The notes under the pieces: model-generated
Seen by the model: the letters and a program-made list of their open reading frames with translations, nothing else
Told to the model about the DNA's origin: nothing
The model's database searches: none
IMG/VR virus record: IMGVR_UViG_3300037517_002612
Span: 5,201 to 69,200 of that record
DNA from: a virus
Strand: one strand, 5' to 3'
Length of the DNA stretch: 64,000 nt
Shown: positions 1 through 8,199 of the stretch, piece by piece
Layout: each line of letters starts with the position of its first letter
Position numbering within the stretch: position 1 is the stretch's first letter
Made by a program: the position numbers and the translations under genes

Positions 1-40
1 GAAATTTTGCAAAATAAATTAAGTAAATTATAATATTCAT

Positions 41-48
41 TATATTTG
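41..48 (+). promoter_or_regulatory. Bacteroidota sigma-A -7 box (TAnnTTTG)
   Basis: TATATTTG 15 nt upstream of ATG 64. Confidence 0.6.
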
Positions 49-63
49 ACAAACTTATTACTT

Positions 64-420
64 ATGCTAACCTCTTTTGTTTATCTCTTATTAGGTTTTA
101 TCCTTTCAAACCTTGGGTACTACGCTACCAGAAACAGAGAAAGCCACAACTCACCAGTTAAACCAAGCTTTATTTTCTTTTTTAAAGATAATTACATCCG
201 GTTAATACACTCAGCTTTAATTGCGTCTATTATAAATGTAATACTAATGATGGATATAGCACAGACCAATGAAGTATTAGGCATGCCATATCTCCCAATA
301 TATGCTGTAGGAGTTGGTTTATTCCCAGACGCAATTTTAGCGTTCCTAAAGAATAAATTCGGCTTCATGCAGCCTAAGAAAGTTCAGGATGAGGATGGAT
401 CAATTTATAAAAGGAAATAA
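64..420 (+). CDS. membrane protein, putative holin
   Basis: About 3 hydrophobic segments and a basic C-terminus. ATG 64 is preferred over TTG 46, which overlaps the promoter box. Confidence 0.55.
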   Translation: MLTSFVYLLLGFILSNLGYYATRNRESHNSPVKPSFIFFFKDNYIRLIHSALIASIINVILMMDIAQTNEVLGMPYLPIYAVGVGLFPDAILAFLKNKFGFMQPKKVQDEDGSIYKRK

Positions 421-422
421 CT

Positions 423-716
423 ATGTTTTATAGCCACGACTCAAGCCAACAACCTGTACACACAGGAACCTGGACAGGATTTTTAATCACCATGGGATGT
501 AACCTTGTAGGAGGTGCCATATTAGGGATCTTACAGATCGTAGAGGATATTGATAAGCTAACCGTCTTATTCCTACACCTACTTGGAGTTATATCAGTGA
601 CTATTGGTATTGTGGTAGGTATAATTACGTTGTTCGATAAAATAGAGGCGAGGGTACAAAGGAAAAAGAAAAAGTCCGACACTCCCCATGAAAGAGCATC
701 GGACCTGAAACCATAA
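423..716 (+). CDS. membrane protein, putative holin/antiholin
   Basis: Two TM segments followed by RKKKK; adjacent to the previous membrane gene. Confidence 0.5.
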   Translation: MFYSHDSSQQPVHTGTWTGFLITMGCNLVGGAILGILQIVEDIDKLTVLFLHLLGVISVTIGIVVGIITLFDKIEARVQRKKKKSDTPHERASDLKP

Positions 717-726
717 CCATTATTAG

Positions 727-756
727 AAACGTAGTTATCTGCAGATTATTGCGTCT
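727..756. repeat. 30-bp pseudo-palindromic site, copy 1
   Basis: AAACGTAGTT-ATCTGCAGAT-TATTGCGTCT; arms identical to copies at 3239 and 51483; overlaps the resolvase stop codon. Confidence 0.85.
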
Positions 757-1393
757 GCTCAAATTCTTTTCTTAAATATTTAACTGCCCTATCACCGAAG
801 GGGCGGGTAAAGCTAGGATCAAACTTAGGCATAAGAATAAATATCTCAGCATTAGTTTTTCCTTCTTTAATAAAGTGTAGTATAAGCTCTCTCATAGGCT
901 TCACTCGGTCCAAGAACTTCTGCCTGTTGGCTTCTTGGCCTGCCTTCTGTCCGGTGAGGTTTTTTGCGTTGCCCAAAGACTCTCCTCTTGCTCTCTTAGC
1001 TGAAAGAGCTTCCTTGATCCTGGTTTGTATTCTTTTTACTTCCCACTCGGCAATGACGGCCATAATTTTAATGGTGAGTTCATTAGCTTCTGGGAAGTCG
1101 CAAGCCCTAATTGGTACTTCTGAGTCAAGGATAGAGAATAGGAATTTACAGTCACGACTCAGACGATCAATTTTAGAAACTAGAAGAGTAGCTTTAAGGT
1201 CCTTACAGGCTAATAGGGCTTGTTGTAATTTGGGACGCAGATTATTGCGTCCACTCTCCACCTCTATAAAAGAAGCAACTACTTCATCCCCTGGACGTAG
1301 GTATTGTTGGACGGCTGCTTCTTGAGCTTCCAATCCTAGTCCGGATATCTCTTGAGACTTCCGGCTAACTCTCTTATAAACTACGTACCTCAT
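746..1393 (-). CDS. small serine recombinase (resolvase/invertase family)
   Basis: YKRVS catalytic motif, EVESG, KIDRLSR, helix-E AEWE..RI..RIKEAL; short C-terminal DNA-binding region. Confidence 0.92.
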   Translation of the reverse strand: MRYVVYKRVSRKSQEISGLGLEAQEAAVQQYLRPGDEVVASFIEVESGRNNLRPKLQQALLACKDLKATLLVSKIDRLSRDCKFLFSILDSEVPIRACDFPEANELTIKIMAVIAEWEVKRIQTRIKEALSAKRARGESLGNAKNLTGQKAGQEANRQKFLDRVKPMRELILHFIKEGKTNAEIFILMPKFDPSFTRPFGDRAVKYLRKEFEQTQ

Positions 1394-2058
1394 ATATCTA
1401 TCTTATTAGGTCCCGCCCATTGCTCGGCCATGCTTTTCGCAATACCTGGGAATGTTTTACTTCTTATTGTGCTGCGTTCTTCTTTAGTTTTAGCCTGTGT
1501 TAATGCTTTGTAATACCACATTGGCTGAGACTTTATTTTACCTGTCTTCCTATCGGTCCAATAAAATCTTTCTTCCGGTTCAACGTGAGTTATTTTGTCA
1601 CCAAATAAATTTTCTCTATCATTATGGTATAGCTTAGGTAAATTCTTTAACCATAGGCAAGTTGTTTTCTGAAATCCGTCCCCAAAAAAATAAGGCTGTA
1701 TAACTTGATCGTATGGTCTATAAATCTTCCCCATTATTCCCATAGGGTTTTCTATTGCTATTTTGTGTATTGGAGCATTGGCTATTTTTAAAAAGAAATC
1801 AATACCTTCCTGTTGCCTTCCGTCTAATCTTTTTTTTTCAAAGTGCATAGAACCACTTAAAGCTAAATGAGTACATGGAGGAAACGCAATCATCATATCC
1901 CAACCCATATTTATTACTTCAAAAATATCTCTTTGGTAATGCCATTCGGGATGTCCACCACTACAAGGCAACAAATCACAACTAAAGGCTTCATGTCCTA
2001 ATTTACGCAACTCTTTTGTTACGGCTTGGCTTTCTTCACATCCTACTAATATTCTCAT
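1390..2058 (-). CDS. DNA cytosine methyltransferase-like protein (short phage type)
   Basis: ILVGCEES, SCDLLP, AFPPCT (motif IV PC), IENP (motif VI), KTTCLWL, RSKTFPGIA. Confidence 0.75.
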   Translation of the reverse strand: MRILVGCEESQAVTKELRKLGHEAFSCDLLPCSGGHPEWHYQRDIFEVINMGWDMMIAFPPCTHLALSGSMHFEKKRLDGRQQEGIDFFLKIANAPIHKIAIENPMGIMGKIYRPYDQVIQPYFFGDGFQKTTCLWLKNLPKLYHNDRENLFGDKITHVEPEERFYWTDRKTGKIKSQPMWYYKALTQAKTKEERSTIRSKTFPGIAKSMAEQWAGPNKIDI

Positions 2059-2095
2059 TCCTACGCTAATTTTAAAAGTTTAAAAAAATACAGAC

Positions 2096-2149
2096 ACATA
2101 ACAGCAGATTGGCGGCATTAAAACGACCGCCAATCTGTAACCGTTATCT
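2096..2149 (-). mobile_element. attC-like (integron cassette-type) hairpin
   Basis: On the minus strand AGATAAC ... GTTATGT core boxes flank the perfect stem CAGATTGGCGG/CCGCCAATCTG. The stop codon of the upstream ORF lies in the first box. Confidence 0.55.
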
Positions 2150-2356
2150 GCCCCAAAAATACCTTCTTTTTTCTGATTGATAGCAAACATGTTTATGGAG
2201 TTTAATAGAATAATATGGAAACGCAATTATCGTCATTATAAATAACAGCGTCAACCCATTAGCCTGTTTAACTACGGTAATATTTACCCATAGCAGGAAT
2301 ATTGCCAGTACTATGGTTAGCATTACAATCAGGATTAAAAACTTAAATTTCGTCAT
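2144..2356 (-). CDS. small membrane protein
   Basis: Two hydrophobic helices; ATG 2356. Confidence 0.5.
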   Translation of the reverse strand: MTKFKFLILIVMLTIVLAIFLLWVNITVVKQANGLTLLFIMTIIAFPYYSIKLHKHVCYQSEKRRYFWGR

Positions 2357-2424
2357 AGAAAATTGCGTTTTAAATGAATAGAGCAATAACCATCATTATT
2401 AGGAATATGATCCAAAGTATAGCT

Positions 2425-2748
2425 TCAATCGTCGTCCTCTTCATCGTTTATCTTTTTAACAGTTAGTATTAATGACTTCTTGTCTATTGGTTTAAGATTG
2501 TATTCTATAATGGCAATCTTAAAGTGGTTGCTTATATAACGCTGTATTTCAGGTGTTATTGCTACTAATAGCCTACTTTCTTCCGAGTTTATTAGTCTTG
2601 TTTTTAAGAACTTTGGCATGAGTGGGTCTTTCTGAAGTCTGTAAAGTAGACGTACTGAGTACCCGTGAAGTTTTATTGTGCGGATCTTATTATTTTGTAC
2701 TTGCTCATCGGGTTGGCTGCTTCCTCTATCTTCTTCTTCCAGGTACAT
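2425..2748 (-). CDS. hypothetical protein
   Basis: ORF in the co-oriented early block; start uncertain. Confidence 0.45.
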   Translation of the reverse strand: MYLEEEDRGSSQPDEQVQNNKIRTIKLHGYSVRLLYRLQKDPLMPKFLKTRLINSEESRLLVAITPEIQRYISNHFKIAIIEYNLKPIDKKSLILTVKKINDEEDDD

Positions 2749-2888
2749 AATGCTCTTGGTTTATTGGTTAAAATGATTTGCCCTGTTCTTTCGTGGATTA
2801 GGTCCCAAAGGTCCTTTAGTTTAGGTTTGGGGGCTTCAGGATCAATACCAGTCTTTTTTGCTATTGCTGCTCTTACGTATTGGTTCAT
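2673..2888 (-). CDS. hypothetical protein
   Basis: ORF in the early block; ATG 4 nt after a 20-bp motif site. Confidence 0.5.
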   Translation of the reverse strand: MNQYVRAAIAKKTGIDPEAPKPKLKDLWDLIHERTGQIILTNKPRALCTWKKKIEEAANPMSKYKIIRSAQ

Positions 2889-2980
2889 GGGTAGACGTAG
2901 TTATTTGCGTTGTTTAAAATACTTAAACAGGTACCCGAAAGGTGATAGTCCTGCTATATCAAGAATTATGTTGATTAATT

Positions 2981-3217
2981 TCATAGTCCGGCTGCGATTA
3001 AATGCGTCTTTTCTAATGAATAAAGCTTATCTATAGCAGCACAATACTGTAGTCCTGCTAATTCTTCGTCTTTATCGCATTCAGGTAGTGCCCATTCACA
3101 GAAGCCAAACATTTCTATTGTTACTTCTATTAGTTGGCCCATTAAAGCTCTCCAAGGGTAAAGCTCGTTAATGAAGTTGAATTTGTCTTGGATGTTTGGT
3201 GGGAGTTCGTAGTTCAT
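2981..3217 (-). CDS. hypothetical protein
   Basis: ORF with A-rich leader in the early block. Confidence 0.55.
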   Translation of the reverse strand: MNYELPPNIQDKFNFINELYPWRALMGQLIEVTIEMFGFCEWALPECDKDEELAGLQYCAAIDKLYSLEKTHLIAAGL

Positions 3218-3238
3218 GGCTACTTTTGTTTTATGGTT

Positions 3239-3268
3239 AAACGTAGTTAATTACAGAATATTGCGTCT
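3239..3268. repeat. 30-bp pseudo-palindromic site, copy 2
   Basis: AAACGTAGTT-AATTACAGAA-TATTGCGTCT; overlaps the stop codon of ORF 3251-3451. Confidence 0.85.
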
Positions 3269-3451
3269 AATATACTTATTATATGTATTTTCTTCTACTT
3301 CAATGAATCCATAGAAGGGATCTATTACTTCTCCATATGGTAGCCAATACTCTTTACCTTCAATCAGGCAGAGCTTTGAGTTCTTGCCTGTCTTTCGGTT
3401 CTTGAATTCTCTTAGGATCTTACCTGGGATTTGTATGAAGGTTCTTTCCAT
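3251..3451 (-). CDS. hypothetical protein
   Basis: ORF coupled to the upstream ORF (TAATG overlap). Confidence 0.55.
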   Translation of the reverse strand: MERTFIQIPGKILREFKNRKTGKNSKLCLIEGKEYWLPYGEVIDPFYGFIEVEENTYNKYIRRNIL

Positions 3452-3660
3452 TAAAATAATTGTAGCTGTTTATAATAAGCTTCTAAGCTATTGCTTACTC
3501 TCGATAGTGTGCAATGAGTTAGTGGATACTCCTCACCCGTGATTACTTTGAGGACTTCCTGTCTTCTTATTACGTTTGTTCCTAGGTACATTGCTACCTG
3601 GATATCGAGGCTGAACCTATCGGTACCTCTTTCTTTTAGTTTCTCTAATAGCTCTTTCAT
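3451..3660 (-). CDS. hypothetical protein
   Basis: ORF in the early block. Confidence 0.55.
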   Translation of the reverse strand: MKELLEKLKERGTDRFSLDIQVAMYLGTNVIRRQEVLKVITGEEYPLTHCTLSRVSNSLEAYYKQLQLF

Positions 3661-3786
3661 GGTGAATTGTGGTTTATATGGGTTAACGTATATTTCTGTG
3701 ATTTATTTTAAAGTGTGTGGTCCGGTTAAAAATAAAAAATTTCTGTAGAATATTGCGTTTAATATAAAATTGCTTCCCTTTCGTGA

Positions 3787-3957
3787 TTAATTCCTGATGG
3801 CCAAAATACTGAGGGCCATAAACAAGGCTAAAAGAATAGTAAAAGGGATGGTTAAAATTAAGGATTGTATAATAATACTCATGGCAATGGTGATGCCCGT
3901 TAATAGGATTAATGACAATAATATTAGGGCTGCGGATATTAGTAAGCGTGTTTTCAT
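3787..3957 (-). CDS. 56-aa hydrophobic membrane protein (not in ORF track)
   Basis: Manual translation MKTRLLISAALILLSLILLTGITIAMSIIIQSLILTIPFTILLALFMALSILAIRN. Confidence 0.55.
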   Translation of the reverse strand: MKTRLLISAALILLSLILLTGITIAMSIIIQSLILTIPFTILLALFMALSILAIRN

Positions 3958-3998
3958 AGGCTGTGTGTTTATTTTGCTGTTGTTTGCTTTGGATTTAG

Positions 3999-4262
3999 TT
4001 AGATATTAACCTTTAGGCCGAATGTATGCAACGGGATAAACCTATGACATAAATTAAGCCTTAATAATATCAACACGCTTTCTTTATTAATTTGGCTAAA
4101 ATCGTCTGAGGCATGAAATAACCTTATAAATTCGGGTTTTGCATATCCTTCAATATCTCTAAAAAATGCGGTATTGTCATTCATCATCTCCGCTGCCTGT
4201 TGTATTCCTTTGATATACTTATTCAGCCTTTTTATGTCTCTGTTTAATTCTTGTACTGTCAT
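3999..4262 (-). CDS. hypothetical protein
   Basis: ORF in the early block. Confidence 0.6.
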   Translation of the reverse strand: MTVQELNRDIKRLNKYIKGIQQAAEMMNDNTAFFRDIEGYAKPEFIRLFHASDDFSQINKESVLILLRLNLCHRFIPLHTFGLKVNI

Positions 4263-4290
4263 GGTTATATAGTTTTAATGGTTTTCACCT

Positions 4291-4322
4291 AAAAAGCCCG
4301 CAACGTTTAAAGCGTGCGGGCT
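4291..4322 (-). terminator. hairpin + U-tract (terminator or RNA processing site)
   Basis: AGCCCGCA/TGCGGGCT stem followed by TTTTT on the minus strand. Confidence 0.5.
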
Positions 4323-4340
4323 GTTGTTTGCTTTGGTGGA

Positions 4341-4628
4341 TTAAATGAACTCTTGTAAAATAAATGCAACCACATATAATTCAATAGCGTGTTCAACTAC
4401 TTCTTTTTCGTTGGCGAACTTCTTATGTAAGTGCTGTTTTTGTGCTGTTAGTCGTTTATAGATTTCTAATAAGTGATGGCAGCCGTTATGCGTTTGAACA
4501 GATGCGAAGCTAGTTTTATCAGAACCTTGCATAAAACTAATAGAAGTTATCTGATTGCCTTCTTTAACAATCTTTATATATCTATCATGATCATTGTTGA
4601 AGTAAATTTCTTGGCTTAATGTTTTCAT
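4341..4628 (-). CDS. hypothetical protein
   Basis: ORF with AAACGACC-ATG leader, shared with ardA. Confidence 0.6.
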   Translation of the reverse strand: MKTLSQEIYFNNDHDRYIKIVKEGNQITSISFMQGSDKTSFASVQTHNGCHHLLEIYKRLTAQKQHLHKKFANEKEVVEHAIELYVVAFILQEFI

Positions 4629-4649
4629 GGTCGTTTATTTATTTATGGT

Positions 4650-4778
4650 TTATAATTTACAAAAATTAACTGCGTCTTCTTCTTCTTGGGCTTCTGTTAC
4701 GTAGTGGCCCGCTTCCGTTATTATATAGACGCGATTAACTGCGTCGTATATAATAATATAGCCGTTTATTTCATTCAT
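4650..4778 (-). CDS. 42-aa hypothetical protein (not in ORF track)
   Basis: Manual translation MNEINGYIIIYDAVNRVYIITEAGHYVTEAQEEEDAVNFCKL; fills the gap. Confidence 0.45.
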   Translation of the reverse strand: MNEINGYIIIYDAVNRVYIITEAGHYVTEAQEEEDAVNFCKL

Positions 4779-4790
4779 AGCATAGTAGTA

Positions 4791-5078
4791 TTAAATTAAT
4801 CCTTCATCAGCAAATGAGTAGTATCCGCTTTCAGTTAAAATTATATGGTCTAATAGTTGAAAGTTCATTATTTTACAGGCGGCCTTTATATTGTTGGTTG
4901 CGGCCTTATCCGATTCGCTTGGAAATAATTGTCCGCTTGGGTGGTTATGGCTTAATATAATAGCTGTTGAGTGAGCTAATAGTGCACCTTCAAATAAAAT
5001 TCTTTGGTCTATTAAGTGTGTTAATGCAACTTGTAGACAATTTACTTGTAGTTCGTTTAAATTTTTTGCTTCTATCAT
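4791..5078 (-). CDS. radC: RadC-like JAB/MPN domain protein, N-terminally truncated
   Basis: SHNHPSG...SESD...LLDHII motif; the usual upstream E-F-x-V strand region is missing; start 5078 or 5126. Confidence 0.75.
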   Translation of the reverse strand: MIEAKNLNELQVNCLQVALTHLIDQRILFEGALLAHSTAIILSHNHPSGQLFPSESDKAATNNIKAACKIMNFQLLDHIILTESGYYSFADEGLI

Positions 5079-5088
5079 GGTGGTCCGT

Positions 5089-5355
5089 CTAAATTTGGTT
5101 TGTGATTCTTTTGTATATAAAGTCATGGAATTGGGTTAAAATAAAATTTTCTGCGGTTTCCCATTCATCAGGGACGTTTTGTCCCCATTCTATTTCGTCA
5201 CTCCTTCTGCTTAATGTTGGGGCTTGTATTATATAGCCGTCGTAGTCCATTATTTGGGCTCCTTTATCGTCGTACATTGTAAAGCTGAAATCGTATCGGC
5301 CATGTTGTCTGTCTGTGTTGTCTTCGAATACTATGTCTTTAATAATTTCTGTCAT
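5089..5355 (-). CDS. acidic hypothetical protein
   Basis: ORF in the early block. Confidence 0.6.
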   Translation of the reverse strand: MTEIIKDIVFEDNTDRQHGRYDFSFTMYDDKGAQIMDYDGYIIQAPTLSRRSDEIEWGQNVPDEWETAENFILTQFHDFIYKRITNQI

Positions 5356-5388
5356 GATTATATAATTTAGTGGTTATTAATTTAGTTA

Positions 5389-5640
5389 TTATTGAACTTT
5401 TGTTACAAACCATTTTACTTCATGCCCTGAGTTATATAGGATGTTGTCTATCTTGGTTATCAGGTTATCCATGGCCATATCATTTGTAAGGCACATTGTT
5501 AGGTCTTTATCGTCTTCCTCTATTCCTGCGCCAAATTCGTTGGCTTTTTTTATATATTGGTGAAGGGCATCCGCTTCGAATTGAAACGTATATACGTCTA
5601 TTATGCCTTTGTTTGTGGTTATTATTGCATTTACTTCCAT
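5389..5640 (-). CDS. acidic hypothetical protein
   Basis: ORF in the early block. Confidence 0.6.
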   Translation of the reverse strand: MEVNAIITTNKGIIDVYTFQFEADALHQYIKKANEFGAGIEEDDKDLTMCLTNDMAMDNLITKIDNILYNSGHEVKWFVTKVQ

Positions 5641-5740
5641 AGGTTATTAATTTAAGTTTGTGATTAATTGCGTCTCACCACCTTAATCCCCTACCTACAT
5701 TCAAGTAGATTAGAGGCTAAGGGGGTTGTTTGGAGTTTAT

Positions 5741-6301
5741 TTAATCATTCCAATTATCGTTTATTAGGTAGTAAATGCCATCATATTGAAATTCGGTATA
5801 ATTTTCCCGTTTAAAGCGGTCGTAATCAATGCTGATATAGTCGCTTTTGCTCTCTGCTTCTACTACATCAGGGTAAAACATCTCGAATTCTTCATAAATA
5901 GCGTCGCGTGTGTCCTCTATTAAATAAACGTCTTCGAATTTATCCATGGCATAACTAAAACTTTCACCTTGGTCCATGATAAAACAAACCTTAATTTTGT
6001 CATCATCATCTAGGTTAATAAACTCGTATAACTCTTCGAAGTCCATTCCTGACTCACTATAAAAAGAACGTGGGAACCCTTCGAAGTCTGTTATCATTAT
6101 TTCCTCTCTTTTACTGCCAAACCCTAAAGGGCTTTTTTGGTCCGCTTCTTCAAAGTGGTTCTGAATATACTCGTCTAACTCGTCCGCGTCATTGAAGTCG
6201 GTTAAATCAACCCAATGGCCAAACTCGAATTGCGTGCCGTTATTATAACTTGCGTAATCTGTTAGAAAGATTTTTGGGGTTTCTGCTGTTGTGGTTTTCA
6301 T
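5741..6301 (-). CDS. ardA: ArdA-like antirestriction protein (DNA mimic)
   Basis: IFLTDYASYNNG...GHWVDL, EEIMITDFEGFP, C-terminal YIDYDRF-type motif; very acidic. Confidence 0.85.
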   Translation of the reverse strand: MKTTTAETPKIFLTDYASYNNGTQFEFGHWVDLTDFNDADELDEYIQNHFEEADQKSPLGFGSKREEIMITDFEGFPRSFYSESGMDFEELYEFINLDDDDKIKVCFIMDQGESFSYAMDKFEDVYLIEDTRDAIYEEFEMFYPDVVEAESKSDYISIDYDRFKRENYTEFQYDGIYYLINDNWND

Positions 6302-6321
6302 GGTCGTTAATTTTAAAAGGT

Positions 6322-6417
6322 TTAATTAAATAATTTACTTTTGATTTCTGCTTGTTCGTAGTTAACTGCGTATACTATTATACTGCATCCGTTAACAATA
6401 AAATTATATAGCTTCAT
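6322..6417 (-). CDS. 31-aa hypothetical protein (not in ORF track)
   Basis: MKLYNFIVNGCSIIVYAVNYEQAEIKSKLFN; ATGA overlap with the upstream ORF. Confidence 0.4.
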   Translation of the reverse strand: MKLYNFIVNGCSIIVYAVNYEQAEIKSKLFN

Positions 6418-6518
6418 AGTACATAGGTTAAGAGGTTAATAATATACACTATACCTGCTAACCATAGTAACCATCCATAAATAAGGAGGTCAATAATAAG
6501 ATTTTTTAATTGTTTCAT
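6414..6518 (-). CDS. 34-aa single-TM protein, first gene of the leftward operon (not in ORF track)
   Basis: MKQLKNLIIDLLIYGWLLWLAGIVYIINLLTYVL; AACGACCA-ATG leader. Confidence 0.5.
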   Translation of the reverse strand: MKQLKNLIIDLLIYGWLLWLAGIVYIINLLTYVL

Positions 6519-6556
6519 TGGTCGTTAATTTAAGTGATTTATACTAATATTTACGG

Positions 6557-6564
6557 CAAAGATA
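6557..6564 (-). promoter_or_regulatory. Bacteroidota -7 box driving the leftward early block
   Basis: TATCTTTG on the minus strand about 40 nt upstream of ATG 6518. Confidence 0.65.
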
Positions 6565-6675
6565 AAAAAAGGTTTCAAACCAATTTAATATAATTGACAT
6601 AATTACCTTAATTAACTCTTTTTTAACACAAAATTTTTAATATTTTGAGCTAAAATAGGCTTATAAAATACTGAT

Positions 6676-7074
6676 AATCAATGCTTTGTAATTATACAAA
6701 TATACTGGATTAATAATCAATAAGTTATGGATGAGTATTTTGGCTGCTTTTTAGGATGATTAGATAAATGGAATTAAATCCGTATAATATAAACCAATAG
6801 GAGAACAAAACAGCAAACAGCCATCCCGAATAAAGGACCAAGGTAAAAGGATAAGCCAAGATAATTGCGTCTCATATAATAACCTCACCCATAACATAAG
6901 AGAACAACCAAAAAAGTTAAACCTGCAAGAGGTATTAAAGTAAACATGATAAACCCCAATTGAGATAAAAGAAATCAATCCCAATTTAAAAGAAACAAAA
7001 AGAAAAAAAAGAATAAAGTATTTCGTGATGAAGAACCAAGACAACAACCTATTTATTTATTAATCAATACTTTG
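6676..7074 (+). promoter_or_regulatory. three IHF-consensus boxes (WATCAANNNNTTR)
   Basis: AATCAATGCTTTG 6676, AATCAATAAGTTA 6715 and AATCAATACTTTG 7062 in the largest non-coding region. Confidence 0.45.
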
Positions 7075-7420
7075 TACTTTGTTTGGACCTATTCTCCTGC
7101 ATGCAATAGCCTTACACCTTTGCGACTAATGTTATTGTGATGTAATCAGATTGCTTTTATTGATTTGCTTTTGCATTTGTCCACAAATTTGACCGCTTTA
7201 AGCCTTTGCGCCTTTATTTATGCGACTTTCATGGGGTGGGGGTGGGTTTCGGAATTTTTTTTCGTACGATTGCATGCCCTACCATATTTATATATATACT
7301 CTCCAGAAACACTCAAGATAATCTTTTAAAAACGTGTCATAAAAACGTCCATATATGCTTGATTATCAGCGAACGGTATTTGAGATATATATAAAATCTT
7401 GTATATTAATAAATTAAGCA

Positions 7421-7428
7421 TATATTTG
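7421..7428 (+). promoter_or_regulatory. Bacteroidota -7 box (rightward)
   Basis: TATATTTG with TTG about 19 nt upstream; ATG at 7433, so the mRNA would be near-leaderless. Confidence 0.6.
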
Positions 7429-7432
7429 CCCT

Positions 7433-7777
7433 ATGAATAAGTTTACAAAGAAGAATGGGTTTGGATATGTGTGGTTACTGTACTATAGATACCGAGTAGT
7501 TTATGTTGGCAGTTGTGTAAGTTTTAATGGAGACTTGTTCGATAGTTTAAATGGGAAGAAGTTTGACGGGATGAAATATAAGGAGGTGGTCCTGGGTGAT
7601 ATGTTAAAGTTAAAGCGGGAGTTGGTGAGGAAGTATGATCCGGTATATAATAGGAAGAATGTAAAGCGGGTCTCGTTGGTTAAGGAATTGACTTTACAGG
7701 AGAAGTTGGATTATTGTAGGGTGAATGGAATAAGTTTGGCTGAGTATAGATTAACCCATAACCCCCAACAAATATGA
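7433..7777 (+). CDS. GIY-YIG-like domain protein
   Basis: GYVWLL...VVYVGS and YDPVYN motifs; catalytic R/E not evident. Confidence 0.45.
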   Translation: MNKFTKKNGFGYVWLLYYRYRVVYVGSCVSFNGDLFDSLNGKKFDGMKYKEVVLGDMLKLKRELVRKYDPVYNRKNVKRVSLVKELTLQEKLDYCRVNGISLAEYRLTHNPQQI

Positions 7778-7819
7778 AAGAGCTAATAGAATTAGGTAGA
7801 ATAGTAGCCGTAGTTTTCT

Positions 7820-8083
7820 ATGAAAAGAATTAGTGATAAACGCAGAAAGCAAAACAAAGAGTACCTTAAAATTAGGGCCGAGATACTTGCGTCCAACCCA
7901 ATCTGCCCAGTAACAAACCAACCAGCTACCGAAATCCACCACATGAAAGGGAGAACCGGAACACTCCTCACAGACAGAAAATATATGCTGCCTGTTTCCA
8001 GGGAAGGACACGTATGGATCGAGATGAACCCCGAAGAGGCAAAGGCTAAGGGGTGGTCATTATCAAGACTTTCCAAAGATTAA
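7820..8083 (+). CDS. small HNH-like endonuclease
   Basis: CPV...ATEIHH.KGR...VSREGHVWI. Confidence 0.7.
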   Translation: MKRISDKRRKQNKEYLKIRAEILASNPICPVTNQPATEIHHMKGRTGTLLTDRKYMLPVSREGHVWIEMNPEEAKAKGWSLSRLSKD

Positions 8084-8199
8084 TTGCTTATATGCAATCA
8101 ATTCACAATATTTGTAATATCTATTCGTTCTTTATATAAATTCTAACTAGGTCAACAAGCTCGTAGAGATATGGGCTTGTTCCCTTAAAACTTTAACTT

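Noticed and set aside
727-3268. 30-bp repeats as a CRISPR array
   Set aside because: The copies are kilobases apart, with variable centres and no regular spacers
7233-7246. G-quadruplex at GGGGTGGGGGTGGG
   Set aside because: There are only three G-runs, too few for a canonical three-tier intramolecular G4; kept only as a terminus clue
6760-7394. ORFs 6760-7047 (-) and 7206-7394 (+)
   Set aside because: They have non-ATG starts and a composition explained by the A-rich strand skew; probably non-coding
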